Origin: Octopus vulgaris
Taxonomy: Eukaryota
Assembly: GCA_951406725.2 (NCBI GenBank)
Contig: OX597834.1
Coordinates: 1,984,001 to 2,048,000 of the forward strand
Reading direction: 5' to 3'
Length of the DNA: 64,000 nt
Positions 37,561-51,750 of the stretch are shown here, one piece after another (position 1 is the stretch's first letter; the number at the start of each line of letters is the position of its first letter). The notes under the pieces were generated by a model, which was not told the origin of the DNA, did not search any database, and saw only the letters and a program-made list of their open reading frames with translations. The translations under genes and the position numbers were made by a program.

Positions 37561-37667
37561 ATGCATTGTTGTGTGATGTTATCTCATAACACTAGAAGGA
37601 GAAATAATAGAAATAAGCAGTAGGCTTTTGGGAGTTTCTTGTGAATTGGCTGCTCCATATGTAAATA

Positions 37668-38161
37668 GGCACAGACATGGCTCTGGGGTGAGATGTTTGC
37701 TTCCCAACCACATGGTTCTGGGTTCAGTCCCACTGCATGGCACTTTGGGCAAGTGTCTCCTATAAGCTTGGGCCAACAAAAGCCTTGTGAGTGGATTTGT
37801 TTGACAGAAACTGAAAGAAGCTCGTCATCGGCACAGGTGTGGCTGTGTGGTAAGAAGCTTGCTTCCCAACCAACATGGTTTTGGGTTCAGTTGCACAACA
37901 TCTTGGACAAGTTTTACTACAACTTTGGGCCTACAAAACCTTGGAAATGGATTTGATAGATGGAAACTGAAAGAAGCCCATCATATATATTGTATGTGGA
38001 TATAAGCGTGACTGTGTGTTAAGAAGCTTGCTTCCCAACCACATGGTCCTGGGTTCAGTCCCACTGTGTGGCATCTTGGGCAAGTGTCTTCTACGATAGC
38101 CTTGGGCCGACCAAAGCCTTGTGAGTGGATTTCGTAGACGGAAACTAAAAGAACCCTATCC

Positions 38162-38228
<67 letters not shown>

Positions 38229-38430
38229 GTGTGTGTGTGTGTCTGTATATGTTTGTTTGTCCCCCACCATCGCTTGACAATCGATGCTGGTGTATTTATG
38301 TTCCCGTAACTTAGCAGTTCAGCAAAAGAGACTGATGTAATAAGTACTAGGTGTACAAAGATAAGTCTTGGGGTTATTTGTTCGACTAAGGTGATGCTCC
38401 AGCATGGCTACAGTCAAAATGACTGAAGCG
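37668..38430 (+). mobile_element. Tandem tRNA-derived SINEs (family 2)
   Basis: TGGTAAGAAGCTTGCTTCCCAACCACATGGTTCTGGGTTCAGTCCC...TTGGGCAAGTGTCTT...GAAACTGAAAGAAG x3; dispersed copies near 395, 29795(-), 40495, 43095(-), 48790(-) and 53040. Confidence 0.85.
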
Positions 38431-38559
38431 TGCTCCCCCCACCAACACCACTTGACGACCGGTTCAACAAAAGAGACGCAGAGAATATGTATCAGGCTTT
38501 AAAAAATAGGAACTGGGGTCAATTCTTCCAGTGTGGCTGCAGTCTGTTGATTGATACCA

Positions 38560-38592
<33 letters not shown>

Positions 38593-38944
38593 GCATTTCT
38601 CCTTGTTTTGATATAGGATGATAGCTGTAAATGAGTGTCACCAACCTACAAGCAATGTCCTTCGTTTCCAATCTTCTTTGAAACACTTGTCTGGTGATGG
38701 GGGAAATATTCCATTGCTTGGAAACGAGTGAGGGCTGGAGACAGGAAGAGCATTGAGCTGTTGAAGCTATACCTCCACAAATTCCATCCAGTCCCTACTT
38801 AAAATGGATGTCCAAAACGATGAGGATGACTTACAGGTAAAGGGCTAAGCTTGGTCTGGATGTACAAACCCCTCCTGAACGGGACACCCTCAGGCCAGAA
38901 TCACAAAATATATCGACAAACAACTGAATGCATCTGTTTCATTG

Positions 38945-39265
38945 TGAAGCCATGTGGCTTAGTGGTTGGGGTATTTGGCTCCTAATCATAAGGTTGTGAG
39001 TTCAATTCCCAGTAGCAACTTGGTTCTTTGAGGAAGACACTTTATTTCATGTTGCTCTTGTCAGCTGGCAGAAACGTGTAGTATTTGTACTTCAAAGGGG
39101 CAGCCTTGTCACATCCTGTATTACAATGAGTCTCCCTGAGAACTATGTTAAGGGTACTTGTGTCTGTGGAGTGCTCGACCGCTTGCACTTTAATTTTACT
39201 AGCAGGCTGTTCCATTGATTAGATCAACCGGAACCCACATCATTGTAATTGATGGAGTGTCAGCC
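38945..39265 (+). mobile_element. tRNA-derived SINE (family 3)
   Basis: A box TGGCTTAGTGG, B box GAGTTCAATTCC, TTGAG.AAGACACTT core; relatives near 7580, 12510, 44778 and 56145. Confidence 0.7.
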
Positions 39266-39439
39266 AACCAATTTGGTTTTACTGGTTATGTTTTCTGTTA
39301 AAGTAACAACCTAAAGATCTATGAAGTTAAAATGTCACATTAATTGTTCTTCCCATGACATCCTGCCAGTTTGTGATAACAGTTTATCTAACCTTGATGT
39401 GACACTTCCTCTCTACATTTATAACAGCGTCAGAAAATG

Positions 39440-40380
39440 AAGTCAGAACTGCCACATATGCAACTAAATGTAATAAATGCTCATGCAGAGGAAAATCAAA
39501 ATGCCTGTTGATGAACTTCTGTATGAGTACGAATCTTGTATATAAATGTACTGTACACACAAAAGGGAGACTGTACATTTACATTGGGGTAACGGCTGAT
39601 TCATTCAGGAATTATCACAACCATGTCACCAGCTTCAAGAAAATCAACTAGAGGCATTCAACATCTTTGGCTGATTTTGTGTGGCAACTTAAGGAATATA
39701 AATTTAAATATGATCTAACTTGGTTCATAGTAAGGCACGCACAACCATACAATATTGTTTCCAGGAAATGCAGACTCTGCTCCGAGGAATCCTTGTCTAT
39801 TTTGTGGAGCAATGAGAAGATCATTAATAGAATTTCTGAAAGACTCTCCAGATGCTTACATGCTTATAAATATCCTTTCATACCATGCAGTGGGGATCAA
39901 TTGAAGTAACTGTTAACCAAATTAATAATCATAATTTACCTTAGGGTATGGCTGAATTCTATTGAACTCCATCCTCCTCATTCTTATAAACACTAAATAG
40001 CTATTTAATTTGCTGTGTGAGCATATGTGCACCAAATCACGTGTGTGTGTGTGTGTGTGTATGCTTGTATCTTCATGGATGTTTTGTACAAGCAAGTCTA
40101 TGTGCAGTATACAATGTAAGCAAGGGCATTTAAACATCCATACCTGTTAACGGTTATATTTAATACAATTTTCACTCTATTGTGTATTCATTACTTTTTG
40201 CATTTGCTATTTATTATTGACCTTATATGAGAACGAAACTGTATCCTATGATTTGTTGCTTTTCTATACACAGAGAAGATATCTTGCTGAACAGTTGTTA
40301 TTTTAATGAGATACATCTTGTAATCACCTGAAGAGACACATCTACACCATCAGATACTCCTAAACCAGTTAAATATCCTA
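39440..40380 (+). mobile_element. Penelope-like element (Naiad/Chlamys-type) GIY-YIG remnant with 3' region
   Basis: Single frame KCSCRGKSKCLLMNFCMSTNLVYKCTV...YIGVT...YHNHVTSF...STSLADFVWQLK...KCRLCSEE...INRISERLSRCLH with one TAG; decayed hammerhead-like motif at 40325-40372. Confidence 0.8.
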
Positions 40381-43300
40381 CCCACACGGGATCAATGCTA
40401 GATGGATGGAAACAGTAGTAGTAATTAATAAATATTCTTGTATCTGCCATCTTCCATTTCTCTCTCTCATTAATCGTTTGTGTGTGTGTATGCAGTCATG
40501 GCTGTATGGTAAGACGTTTGCTTTCCAACCATGGGCTCTATGGTTTAGCTGTGATGTACAAGACATTGGGCAAGTGTCATCCACTACAGCCCCAGGTTAA
40601 CCAAAGCCTTGTGAGTGGAGTTGGTAGACAGAAACTAAAAGAAACCTGTCGTGTGTCTGTCTGTCTGTCCCCACCACCACCACCCTTGATAACCAACGTT
40701 GGTTTGTTTATGCCCTCATAATTTAGCACTTCTGTAAAAGTTACTGATGAGTAAACTGGCCATATCCAGTCAACATATTCTCCCTGTTTTATGTTCAAAC
40801 TGACCAGATATGACTCCTCACACCTACCCAACAATGTCATTCCAAACTTAACAGTTATCTCCTAAAATTCTCAAAGCTGTCAGACAATACATGGCTAATT
40901 CTGAACAATGGGAGTAAATAAGGATTACATGGGACTGAAGAGTTGGTTCTTCCTTAAGCAAACTAATTTTTGAGTTTGGAAGAATTCGTCAAATTGACAG
41001 CTTTGTATCTTTGTCATTTTGTTGTTTATATCATCATCATCATTCAATGTCCAGGATCCAGTCAAAAGCATGGAGATGATGATGATCCATGGTGGGACGG
41101 TGATCCTGTCAGCATTATGCTCCACTCCCTGTTTTGGCATGGTATGCCATTCCTAATGCCTCATTGACATATTTTAAACTAGATACCTTAAAAAGTTGGT
41201 CAGTCTTGATCAAGCAGACATGCAATTAGAGGCACTCCAACCATGACCACTCCATCTTCCAATCGGGGTTTAAGATCTTGATAGGGTGACCTGTATACCA
41301 GGGACCTTGCTAGGTAGACTTGTGTGTTGTTAGGGGTTTCCTGTGGTGATATATATTTTTATTGGTTTGGGTCTTCTCAGAAAAATCTATAGGAATCTCT
41401 GATGTGGAGGAAGAGACAAAGTGTAGCAGAAATGGTAGATTAAATACAAGATAATGATGAAGTAGTTCAAAGGTTTTGTTGTTTGAAGTAGGTTTAATTA
41501 GAACAATTTAATTAATATTGCTTGATAGAGCAACTGGTTTGTCAAGTTACAATGATGTCTTGATTCAAAGTTTATTTCATACTCACACAATTGTACCCCA
41601 CCTCCTCTGCTAGTATTCTAAGTTCATGCTGTCATTGTCAGGCACTCCCCCCTCCCGGCCATTTATTGCAAAATTATCATACAGGAGAGGGAAATAAGAT
41701 TCTGTGGTGTGCATGATGTTTAACTATAAAACCAGTTCTGATCTATTTGACATATCATCAAAGACATTCCAATTACAACCATATCATCTTTATTTTCAAG
41801 CAAAGCTCAATGGGTTTAAGAGAGATTTGACTGCTATGTCTAGCAAATTTAGAGGATCCTTTGCTAAGTCAAAGTGTTGTGTGTTGGACTGACATTTCCA
41901 CGTTGTCACTTGGAAACTAAAATAAAGTTACAGACCCAACTTGCTGTGAACTTCCCTTTGCAAGGCTCTAACATTCAATTGTTCCAGCTACAGAGCGGCA
42001 CCTTGTAGTCCAGTCAGGGGCAAATTGTGACCCATGGGACTTTATGAATGGCATGCCAAAATTTTTTTTATAGTAGTGAATCTTGCTTGATGACGAACCA
42101 AGTCTTATTTGCCCTCTTCTTTCAAATGGTTGTTGATGCCTGTTGTAGATTATTAGCCCTAGATTCTTGCAGGTGCAAAACCCTTAGTGACCCTTAATGG
42201 CTCCAACCCAATGGATAATAAGAAGGAACTGGATCCTTTGATATAGGAAGGCAATTAAGATTTCTGGTTTCTTTCATACATTGTTAATTAATAATCAATT
42301 CGTTGACCATCCTGAGATTCATTCTGCTTTTCTCATCTCCTGAAATTGATAAAAACAAATACCAGATGTATATTGGGGAGAGAGGGGTTTGTCTCATTGA
42401 TATTTTTTTTTTTCCTTTCCTCCCTTTGTATGAGCTGGTGACTCTGCAGCTCCAACGAATCAATAACTACAATAGTATTGAACATACGAGAGCTGTGTTG
42501 GTTCAATACTAATTATTGATTTGTAGTTGTTGTTGTTTTCTCTGATATCGAATTATAAACACACAACCCAACTTGCCTCTTCAGCTGTCATGTTCTGTTT
42601 ACTAAAACCGCTGGCTCCTAAAGCCCTGACAGCCACTGATGAAATATATCACCACCACCTTCATCAGCGTCATCATCATCAAGCCAGCTTCCTATGCTTG
42701 CATCAGTTGGATGCTTCTCACACTCTCTTGTCACTTGTTATAGTCCTTCATAATGCAGCACGCAGTAACAGGCTTGAAAAAAAAACCCCACCTACTTTCG
42801 TTGTTCCATATATAAAATGACCAAAAATGACCGAGATGGCGAGTTCCCTGTTGCTGAGATTGTCTTTTATTCTTTCACTTGTTTCAGTCATTTGACTGTG
42901 GCCATGCTGGAGCTCTGCCTTTAGTCAAGCAAATCAACCCCAGGATTTGTTCTTTGTAAGCCTAGTACTTATTCTATCAGTCCCTTTTGCTAAGTTATGG
43001 GGATGTAAACACATCAACATCAGTTGTCAAGCGATGTTGGTGGGACAAACACACTCACAAATGCACACACACACACACACACACACCTATATGACGGGCT
43101 TCCTTCAGTTTGCGTCTACCAAATCCACTTACAAAACTTTGGTCAGCCCGAGGCTACAGTAGAAGACATTTGCCCAAGGTGCCACACAGTGGGACTGAAT
43201 CCAGAACCATGTGGTTGGGAAGCAAGCGTTTTAATCACACAGCCACTGATGTAGATACGTAACTGAACATGATTTCTGTATCACGGGTTTTCAGCCTGTG

Positions 43301-46300
43301 AATTGCCTTTGTTTGTATTTGGATGTTATTGGTAGGCTAGAGCACCATGACTTTAAATGTTGTGCACTTCTGGAGAGGTCTTCATTTGTGTATTGAAGTG
43401 TATCCCAGTTTTAGAATAGGTACACTATGTCCCTGTGTCGTAAGAGGTGACTTAAACAGGGGACAGCAGCATGAGCGTTCAACCATAAAACATCTTTACT
43501 CTTCCAGTATGTAAAAGCAAGCATAAAATGTTGCTGCTACGACTGATAGACAGATATACTCATGTGTGTGTATATATCTATTTGTGTGTGTGTGTGTGTG
43601 TACTCCTGAAACCAACACCAATCTTTTGTTGGTGACATTCCCTGCTGGTCTGGTAGATATTCTCAACAACCAGTGTAGAATAAGGAAATCTTGCCCATTC
43701 CTTATATTCTTAGATTACTGGACCCTCTACAATAGCTTTCAACTGGTAAGTTGCATCAGCCCAGAAGTCTCGAGTCACTAGACCTACTAGAAATAACAGC
43801 TAATTTTCCTTCGAATCGCTCCCTTACCACTATAAATAAAGGCAAATACACTGCACAATGTAATCTGTGATTCTGATATACAGTGAAATTGAGATGGCTA
43901 TGGCTGGGATGTCTTTTGCTCACAGATCTCTGCTGATTTAGGTGGTTGAACAAGCCACGCTCTGTGAAACAGTAAATATTGTTAGAACTGGTTCACTGTG
44001 GTTTTAGAATAAAATCTCATCCTGGATGGATAATAGCAGTCTGTTGCTGGTAATATTCCCAGCTGATCTGGTACCTGTTAGTGCCAATCAAGTGTCATGC
44101 CCCAGAAATGCAAGAGGTTTAGATCAGATTTGAACTCCCTACATATCCACTCTACCACTTCACTACAAACAACTGCAACAAGATATTGTTATTGTGACAC
44201 TCTAGCAGAAGTTGTATTGGTTGTATGAAGAGAGCCTCCTTGGCAATGTTTTCCATTGTTGTTCGTATAATTTCTGTAGTTTCTCAGCCCCTCTAGGATC
44301 TAATAAGAATGGGCTATCACTTTCTCTGATGTGCTTTAATAAGATTGAAACATGCCTACATTTGTTGTTACCTCACCAAAGACCAGACTCACTACATGTC
44401 ACTGTTCAGTCTTCAATTTTCTAGTTTAAAGCTGTCTTGTTTGTCTAGAATTAATCATTAAAGCTAACAACTGCTTCACTTCATTACAGATATAATTTTA
44501 ATTAATTAAAAATATTTTTAACTCATTGCATTAAATATGTTAGCTTGCTACACTCTTAATCCTTTCATGACTCTCTCTCTCCTGACCATGTTGATAGTTT
44601 TATTAGACCCCACTGGGTTGGCTGCTTACCATCTCAATATTGAAGATTTCAATAACCTCTGCTAACGATATTGTTTTATACAAGGACCCATCTCTTGACT
44701 CTATCTGACCACAGTCCATCTCATTTAACTACTGGTCAATCACCAAGTTTTTTTCTATAGGGGTACATCTATATGGCCCATGGCTTAGTGGTTAGGACAG
44801 TTTGCATCCTCTGTTGCAGGATTGTGGTTTCCATGTCTGATGCTTTGTTGCTTTCTTGAGCAAGACCTTTCATTTCACATTGCTTCACTCACTCAGAAAT
44901 GAGTTACCTCTTTGCCATGGAAACCAGCCAACTGACTGTATGAGTCCTTGCATTATGTAAGACACTACAGTGCAAGCTGGGGTGGATTTGGCTGCTATTT
45001 TCAGCAGACTGAGCAATGACATAGGGGCAACTTCATTTACTTGTTGTGAATAAGGAACAAAAACATTACAGGTGGAAATGGATACCTCTAAAAGATATTC
45101 TAAAACATCATTTGTTTTGACTATATCACTCAGCTGTGTGTGTGTGTGCTATCTTCTTAACATCCCCTTTTCCATGCTAGCATGGGTCAGATGGAGTTTA
45201 TTGAGGCAGCTTCTCTACATCTAAATGCCCTTCCTGTCACCTACCCTCATTGGTTTCCAAGCAAGTTAATATCCCCCCCCCCCCATGTCCATAACAAGCT
45301 TTTCACAGATTGGAAATAAAATACTGCTTGTATGGATGGCAGTAACACTCATTTACAACTACAAAGTGATATTCACACATACACACACACAGAATCATGT
45401 TTCAGTTTCTGTCTACCAAATCCACTCACAAGGCTTTACTTGGCCCAGGGCTATAGTAGAAGTTAATTGCTTATCTCATTAGCATTCAGATTAATCTGTC
45501 AAATTTAATACTTATTTATTTAGATTGTTTTTAATTAATCATGCGTTATCTCATAGCTTTGAGATTGCAATGATATATTTTCTAGAATGACAATGTAGGG
45601 TAGGTACAAGAGGCCAGATATTGACAGTTTGAACCTGAAACAGGCAGAATATTTTGGACTGTCTATGGCCACTTTAAGTGCCAATGGGTTATGGTTCCAC
45701 GCAGTAGGACTGAACCCAGAACCGTGTAATTGAGAAGCAAACTCCTTACTACACAACTACACCTCTGTGTGTGTGTGTGAAACTTCAATTATCCAACATG
45801 TCTCAATTAATAGAAGGAACCTATTGATACAGAACTAATTAACAGAGGTTAATTAATTCCTGGAATTTCAGTAACCCCAAGAAGAAGCAAAGTGAAAAGT
45901 TACCCACCTCACAATTGAACCCACATTGTTGCTACTTATACTAACGAAGTTAATTAGCTTTAATTAATCATATAATTGACAATTATCAATCTGGTTTTTC
46001 AAATGAACAGAAAGTTTTATTGAATCAATAAACCTTTGTTTTAGTCGTGTTTAGTTCCAAGCTAGCCTGGTGATTAAAGGCATTCCAGCTGTGACCATTC
46101 CAACTTCTCTCAAACATAATGTACTTTGAATAACACAATCTAGTATATCTTTATTTCTTTTTTTTTTTAAAGATAAATGTAATTAACAGGAGGTTTAGCT
46201 GCTACTTCTTGCAGATCTAGTAACCACGTTGACTCAGTTGTTGAGAAATGGTTTTTTTTATCCCTTTATAAAGACAACCTGTTTGACCCTTATGGTGACT

Positions 46301-47309
46301 TTTTTTTTTTATCCCTTCTAGAGACTCCCTTTGTTTTGCTGTCATGTCAGCATTAGATTACTAATACAAATAGGCAGCCCACAGTTGTTAACACTACCAA
46401 TATAGTGATGTAAGAATTGAAACAGTAACATCACCCCATGGTCACTGCCACCATCACCACCACCAGCTGGCAGGGTTCACGCTGGGTTCTTGTGGCAGAT
46501 ATTTATGCTGGGCATGAACGACATCAATGTCACCAGATTATAAACAGGCCCTGGAAATGGACACTACTGCCCCACCCCCATCTTATTTTGCATAATATCT
46601 AAAAAGTCAGTTCATATTTATATTTTAATCTTTTACGACTTTCACTGGGATTGAACTTGTGTGAACATTTTTAACACTTTATCACACCCGTCTACCACAT
46701 ACATCCTTAATTATGTTTCTTTTCATAGCCTAATTGTAGAGAGAAACCAACTTATGTGGTTGCTAGGAACATAATTTCTAAGACCCAGTCTTCAGTAATC
46801 ATGCTCCTGTAATTATGTCCATGTCTAACCAGTCTCACATCAGTAAATGTCCTTTCCAGTTTGTTTATTAGTAAATTCTGAAACTATTTCTGATAAGACA
46901 TTCCATGTTCGTCAACTGCATCATTACTGAGGGCTTGAAACCAGTTCCTACTCACTGGTTCTCAACCATTTTGTTTTTCTTTGGACCCCTTTACTGTCTG
47001 TTTTACTTTACACAACCCCCATGGTCATTTTGCTGCATACGGAATAAAAATCTTACTCTATTTTTATTATTAAATATTTGGAATTGCTTAAAAAAAAAAA
47101 TTCAAATCTTTTTGTATTGTGGGAGTAAAATCAATTTATTGCAGATAGATTTTGACAACAGAATCTTCTTCTGTGGACTCTGGTTGATAACCACTGATGT
47201 GACCAATAGATCTATAGCTTCTGATAAGTTGATCTCTGGCCTTTGTCTTTACTTGATGAGTTGATGGTCATACAAGACATTCTGTGGTTCATGGTGATGG
47301 TTTGTATGT

Positions 47310-47350
<41 letters not shown>

Positions 47351-48743
47351 GGACCGTCAGGCCCTTGTCCTAATCTGTCTCTCCACTACTCAGTCTATTT
47401 GTTCATTTTTTGGTTGTTTCTCTTGACTGTGGCCCCTGGCATGTATAATCCAGGCTTGAGCAAGCTGTATTGAGAGGCTGGTCACATGTGATATGGCTCA
47501 TCTTTAGATGGGCCATGCTACTCAAAAAGAGTTAATCTTTTGTTAGGCATACCATTCAGAAGATCCTGTGGGTCACAAGTTGCCCCATGACTACTGGAGA
47601 CAAAAACCAGAATCTCTTTTGACAGAATAGAGTGGGAAATGTCTGTGTCCACTGAACCCTCTTGTTCATTTATTTTACTGTTTAATTAGAGATGTTGACA
47701 GTCTTGTTCGGAATGTTGTTGCTATTTCCATTTTGGTGGTTTATTTAAACCCAGGTCAGATCTGACACTGAAAGACGCTCCAGTCATGACCATCCTTCTC
47801 TTTGTATATTAGTTGTGATTTTGAAAGGTAGCTGACTGTATATTAGCTCCCTTGTTGGCTGTTCAGTGATATGTTGGTTCTCTCTCTCAACAATTTACAT
47901 ATTCACTTTTATTCTGGTTGATGATGATGATGATGATGTAAGTAGGAATGTAATCTGACCAGAATGTTAAATTATATTGCAGATTTAAAGAAAGCAATAG
48001 ATAGACCATGAGAGGGAGATTGGGGGGGGGCATAGTTTGTGACTGTTAAGAGATATTGGTAGGTTTGTCACACTGGCACTAAATTCTAATTCTCTCTCAT
48101 TCTGCATATCTATAATCACACACACTCTCACTCACTCTCTCTCTCTCTCTCAGTGTTATATGACTATCTCCTTCTCTCTCCTGTATTTGCCTTTGCACAG
48201 TGGTTCTGTCTTCCTCTCTCCCAAACTGAAGAAATCATTCAACCATAACTTCTATGCCAATTAGCCATGCTCCATTACCTAGAATGTTGCCATGGTTATG
48301 GTGATGTTGCTAATAACAAAGAATGGGCAATATAGAAATTGATGGAGATAAAGACAGTGATGATTATGATGATGATGATTATGATGATGATGGTTATGAT
48401 GATGGTGGTTATGATGGTGGTTAGTTGGCTGATGAGGAAATGTCATCTTAGTGTTTTATTTCACACACCTTTATGGAAATGCTTCTGTTGCTGTTAGTCT
48501 TTATGGACTTAGGTGTGTGTGTGTATAGTCTTTAATTCTTTTACTCGTTTTAGTCATTTGACTGTGGCCATGCTGGAGCACCGCCTTTAGTCGAACAAAT
48601 TGACCCCAGGACTTATTCTTTGTAAGCTTAGTACTTATTCTGTCAGTCTCATTTGCCAAACCGATAAGTTTCAGGAACATAAACACACCAAGTGATGGGG
48701 GTGGGCTGGACAAACAGACACACACACACACACACAAATACAT

Positions 48744-48789
<46 letters not shown>

Positions 48790-50181
48790 CTGGCTTCTTT
48801 CAGTTTCCATTTACCAAATCCACTTACAAGGCTTTGGTTGGTCCGAGGCTATAATAAAAGATACTTGCCCAAGGTGCCATGCAGTGAGACTGAACCTGGA
48901 ACATTGTGGTTGGAAACCAAACTTCTTACTACACAGCCACGCCTGTATATATATATATATCTTGCTGTATGTATGTGTGTCTGTACATGTGTGTGTATAG
49001 AAAGAATCATTGTTTTTCTCCCACTGATTGTGGAGTAGGCTATTGCTGCAAATTTATACATTATCTTTTATTAATTACATAGTAAGGAGTTCAATGGCTG
49101 AGTGGTTAGGCACATTGTTGTGCCTTCCTCTCACTGGCTCAGTCCACCTAGCTGCAAACAGTCAGAAGTGGATATTCTAGAACACCGAGGAATTTGTAGT
49201 GCTTCTGCAATGTTTGTGTCTTCTCCAAGGAACCGTTTCTTACGATGTTCTACTAACAAGGTGGGGATGAGGAGGGGGCATAGATTTTATGTTTCACCCC
49301 CTCGACTATTCTCTGACCCAGTGTCTTTTCAAGTACTCCGTCATTTGTGATTTCATTAATTTGTATAATAAGGAAAAAATTGTTGACATTTGGTTAACTA
49401 ACTTTGTCCTTTTAAAACTGTTTTTTGGATGACAACCAAACTAAAATAGTTCTGATGGAAGGTTTTAATTTTAAATATAAGTAGGAGATTTCGGTTGTGG
49501 TGGTCTTGGGTGGGTTGGTATGAAAGCACTTGCAGAAACTATTGAATAAATACTATGACTGATTCATGCTAACAGTTCCACTCACAATCAGAAACACACA
49601 CACACACACACACACAAGAACAATCCCACATGCTATCACGCATCTACTCACCAATAGTTACATACACACACATGCACAAAGATCCTCATACTATCACACA
49701 CACACACATCAGTCTATGTATTATCACATGCACACCGGTGCACACACACACACACACACAGAGTTCTAGATACTCGCACTCGCTGCTAACCTGGTCTTTT
49801 CTTCCTCTTTATCATCTCTGTCACCCATTCTGGTCAAAGTGACCAAATCTGTCCACTCCAGCCAGACAATCCAGCCAGACTTTCACACTCTACACAAATA
49901 TCTAGAAATATATCTCTCAATTCATTTACTGTTGTCCTAATAGGAAGCTAGGGGTGAAGATGGGTAAGTTACAAAACATTTCTACACACATCATAAAGCT
50001 AATCCCTTTAGAATGCTTCTATTAACTGTTGATTCCAACCCACCTCAGACCATCACTCCTGGTTCTATGATACAACCTTCCAGTTTATGTTCCAAACACC
50101 AACTAAAAAATTATTCTACAAAATTCTTCATCCTTTTCAAAGTTAATTGAAACAGTGTACGTCAACAAAAATACGGTAATG

Positions 50182-50315
50182 AAAAGCCAGGAACCTTTCA
50201 GCATCCTCTTACATAGTGTTATAACACTTTTAATCCAAACACACTTTAGTGAATGCCTATATGGCAGAGAGAGAGAGAGACATATGAATTTATATAGACG
50301 TATAAATTCATATGG

Positions 50316-50358
<43 letters not shown>

Positions 50359-50438
50359 ATATAGACATTCACTAAAGTGTGCTTGGATTAAATGTGTTAT
50401 AACACTATGTAAGAGGGTGCTGAAAAGTTCCTAGTTTT
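50182..50438. repeat. Long near-perfect palindrome
   Basis: Arms pair outward from CATATGAATTTATA-tagacg-TATAAATTCATATG through (GA)n/(TC)n to AGGAACCTTTCAGCATCCTCTTAC / GTAAGAGGGTGCTGAAAAGTTCCT. Confidence 0.92.
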
Positions 50439-50623
50439 AAGGGTATCACAAAAGGCCTGGCTGGAGGCTCAGCCGTCTGAGTCCTTTTACAGGGTTTAGA
50501 AAAACTGAAGGACCACTGTAATGTGTGAATCTGAGAGGAATATGTTGAATAAATCATAATTAACACATCCTTCTCCTGTATTTTCTTTTACCCAAAGCCA
50601 GGAACTTTTCAGCACCCTATCGT
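50410..50623. mobile_element. Mariner-type MITE
   Basis: TIRs GAGGGTGCTGAAAAGTTCCT / AGGAACTTTTCAGCACCCT; second partial copy at 28925-29131. Confidence 0.7.
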
Positions 50624-50630
50624 GTGTATC

Positions 50631-50663
<33 letters not shown>

Positions 50664-50698
50664 AAAAACTTTTGGGTTTTTTTTTTCTCTCTTTTCAG

Positions 50699-50773
50699 AC
50701 CATAAAGACATCCACTGAGGAATTGCTCTAAGGTCTTCTCCATATCTTGGACAAACTTATTGATTCTTCAAAG
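50699..50773 (+). other. Candidate non-coding (5' UTR) exon, possibly of Rab14
   Basis: Strong acceptor TTTTTTTTTTCTCTCTTTTCAG, donor AAG|GTAATT (alternative GAG|GTAAGA at 50846); stops in all three frames, no ATG. Confidence 0.45.
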
Positions 50774-51239
50774 GTAATTCTTTTACTTGTTGATAATTCT
50801 ATTTAGAATTTCTGAAATCTTTTCAGTTTCCAGTTAAAATTTGAGGTAAGAAATATTGCCCTGCCCCCAAACTAAACATTGCATAATGATGATGAGCAGA
50901 TTTTAAAAAATATATATACATACATATATATATATATATATATATGAAATACGACTCTACTCCCTAGAATGAAGGCAGAAAAGATATGCAGTGAAAAATA
51001 TCTGGAAAATTGTGACCTGTGATGTATAACAGCATCTGATAATCTGGTCAATCATGTAAGTGATGTTGCCGTGTGTGTGTTGATTACTGACTCTTTTGGC
51101 TGATCTGTCCATGTTGGACAATCCTACAGTCACACACACTATCAGTTGTGTTGCTGTCTTGTACACAGTTGAACACACCCATACATATTTAAGAACTGGG
51201 TTTATTACAGGTATGACCTGCTTTTTCTGTCATGCTAGT

Positions 51240-51685
51240 ATCATCATCGTCCTAGTCAAACATCCTTTCTGGCGTGGGGTGGACAAGCTGCCCAAGCTGC
51301 ATGGTTTCTGTGGCTGGATGCCCTTCCTAACGCTAACCACTTTACAGAGTGGGCACAGGGTGCTTTTACACAGCTCAGGTCAGGGTGCTTATTACGTGGC
51401 ACCATCACCTACAAGCCCTCAAGGTTACAGATGCTCAGCTGGAGAGGGATGCAGGGGACAAGCCTCTGTGCAAGAACAACCACGCTTTTACTTAGCTTGA
51501 TGTGTCTTTTCAAGCAGAGCAAACCATCAGGAGCCTCGGTCCCCTGTCGTCCCCTCTGTGAATCCCAATGTCCATAGATCCTTTCCCATCGCTTCATCCT
51601 ATGTCTTCCTGGGTCTACCCCTTCCACATGCTCCGTCTATAATTTGAGATTTGCTCCTCTTGATGCAGCTGTCTTTGTTCACATG
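51240..51685 (-). mobile_element. RTE LINE 3' end with UTR
   Basis: DSCIKRSKSQIIDGACGRGRPRKT followed by the AGGAAGGGCATCCAGCC 3' UTR motif, shared with copies near 18775, 22450-22830, 53780, 54410, 55430 and 62505. Confidence 0.75.
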
Positions 51686-51694
51686 CACGTATGA

Positions 51695-51750
<56 letters not shown>

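Noticed and set aside
39640-39660. Selenocysteine recoding in the Naiad-like ORF
   Set aside because: The in-frame stop is TAG, not TGA, so it is best read as decay
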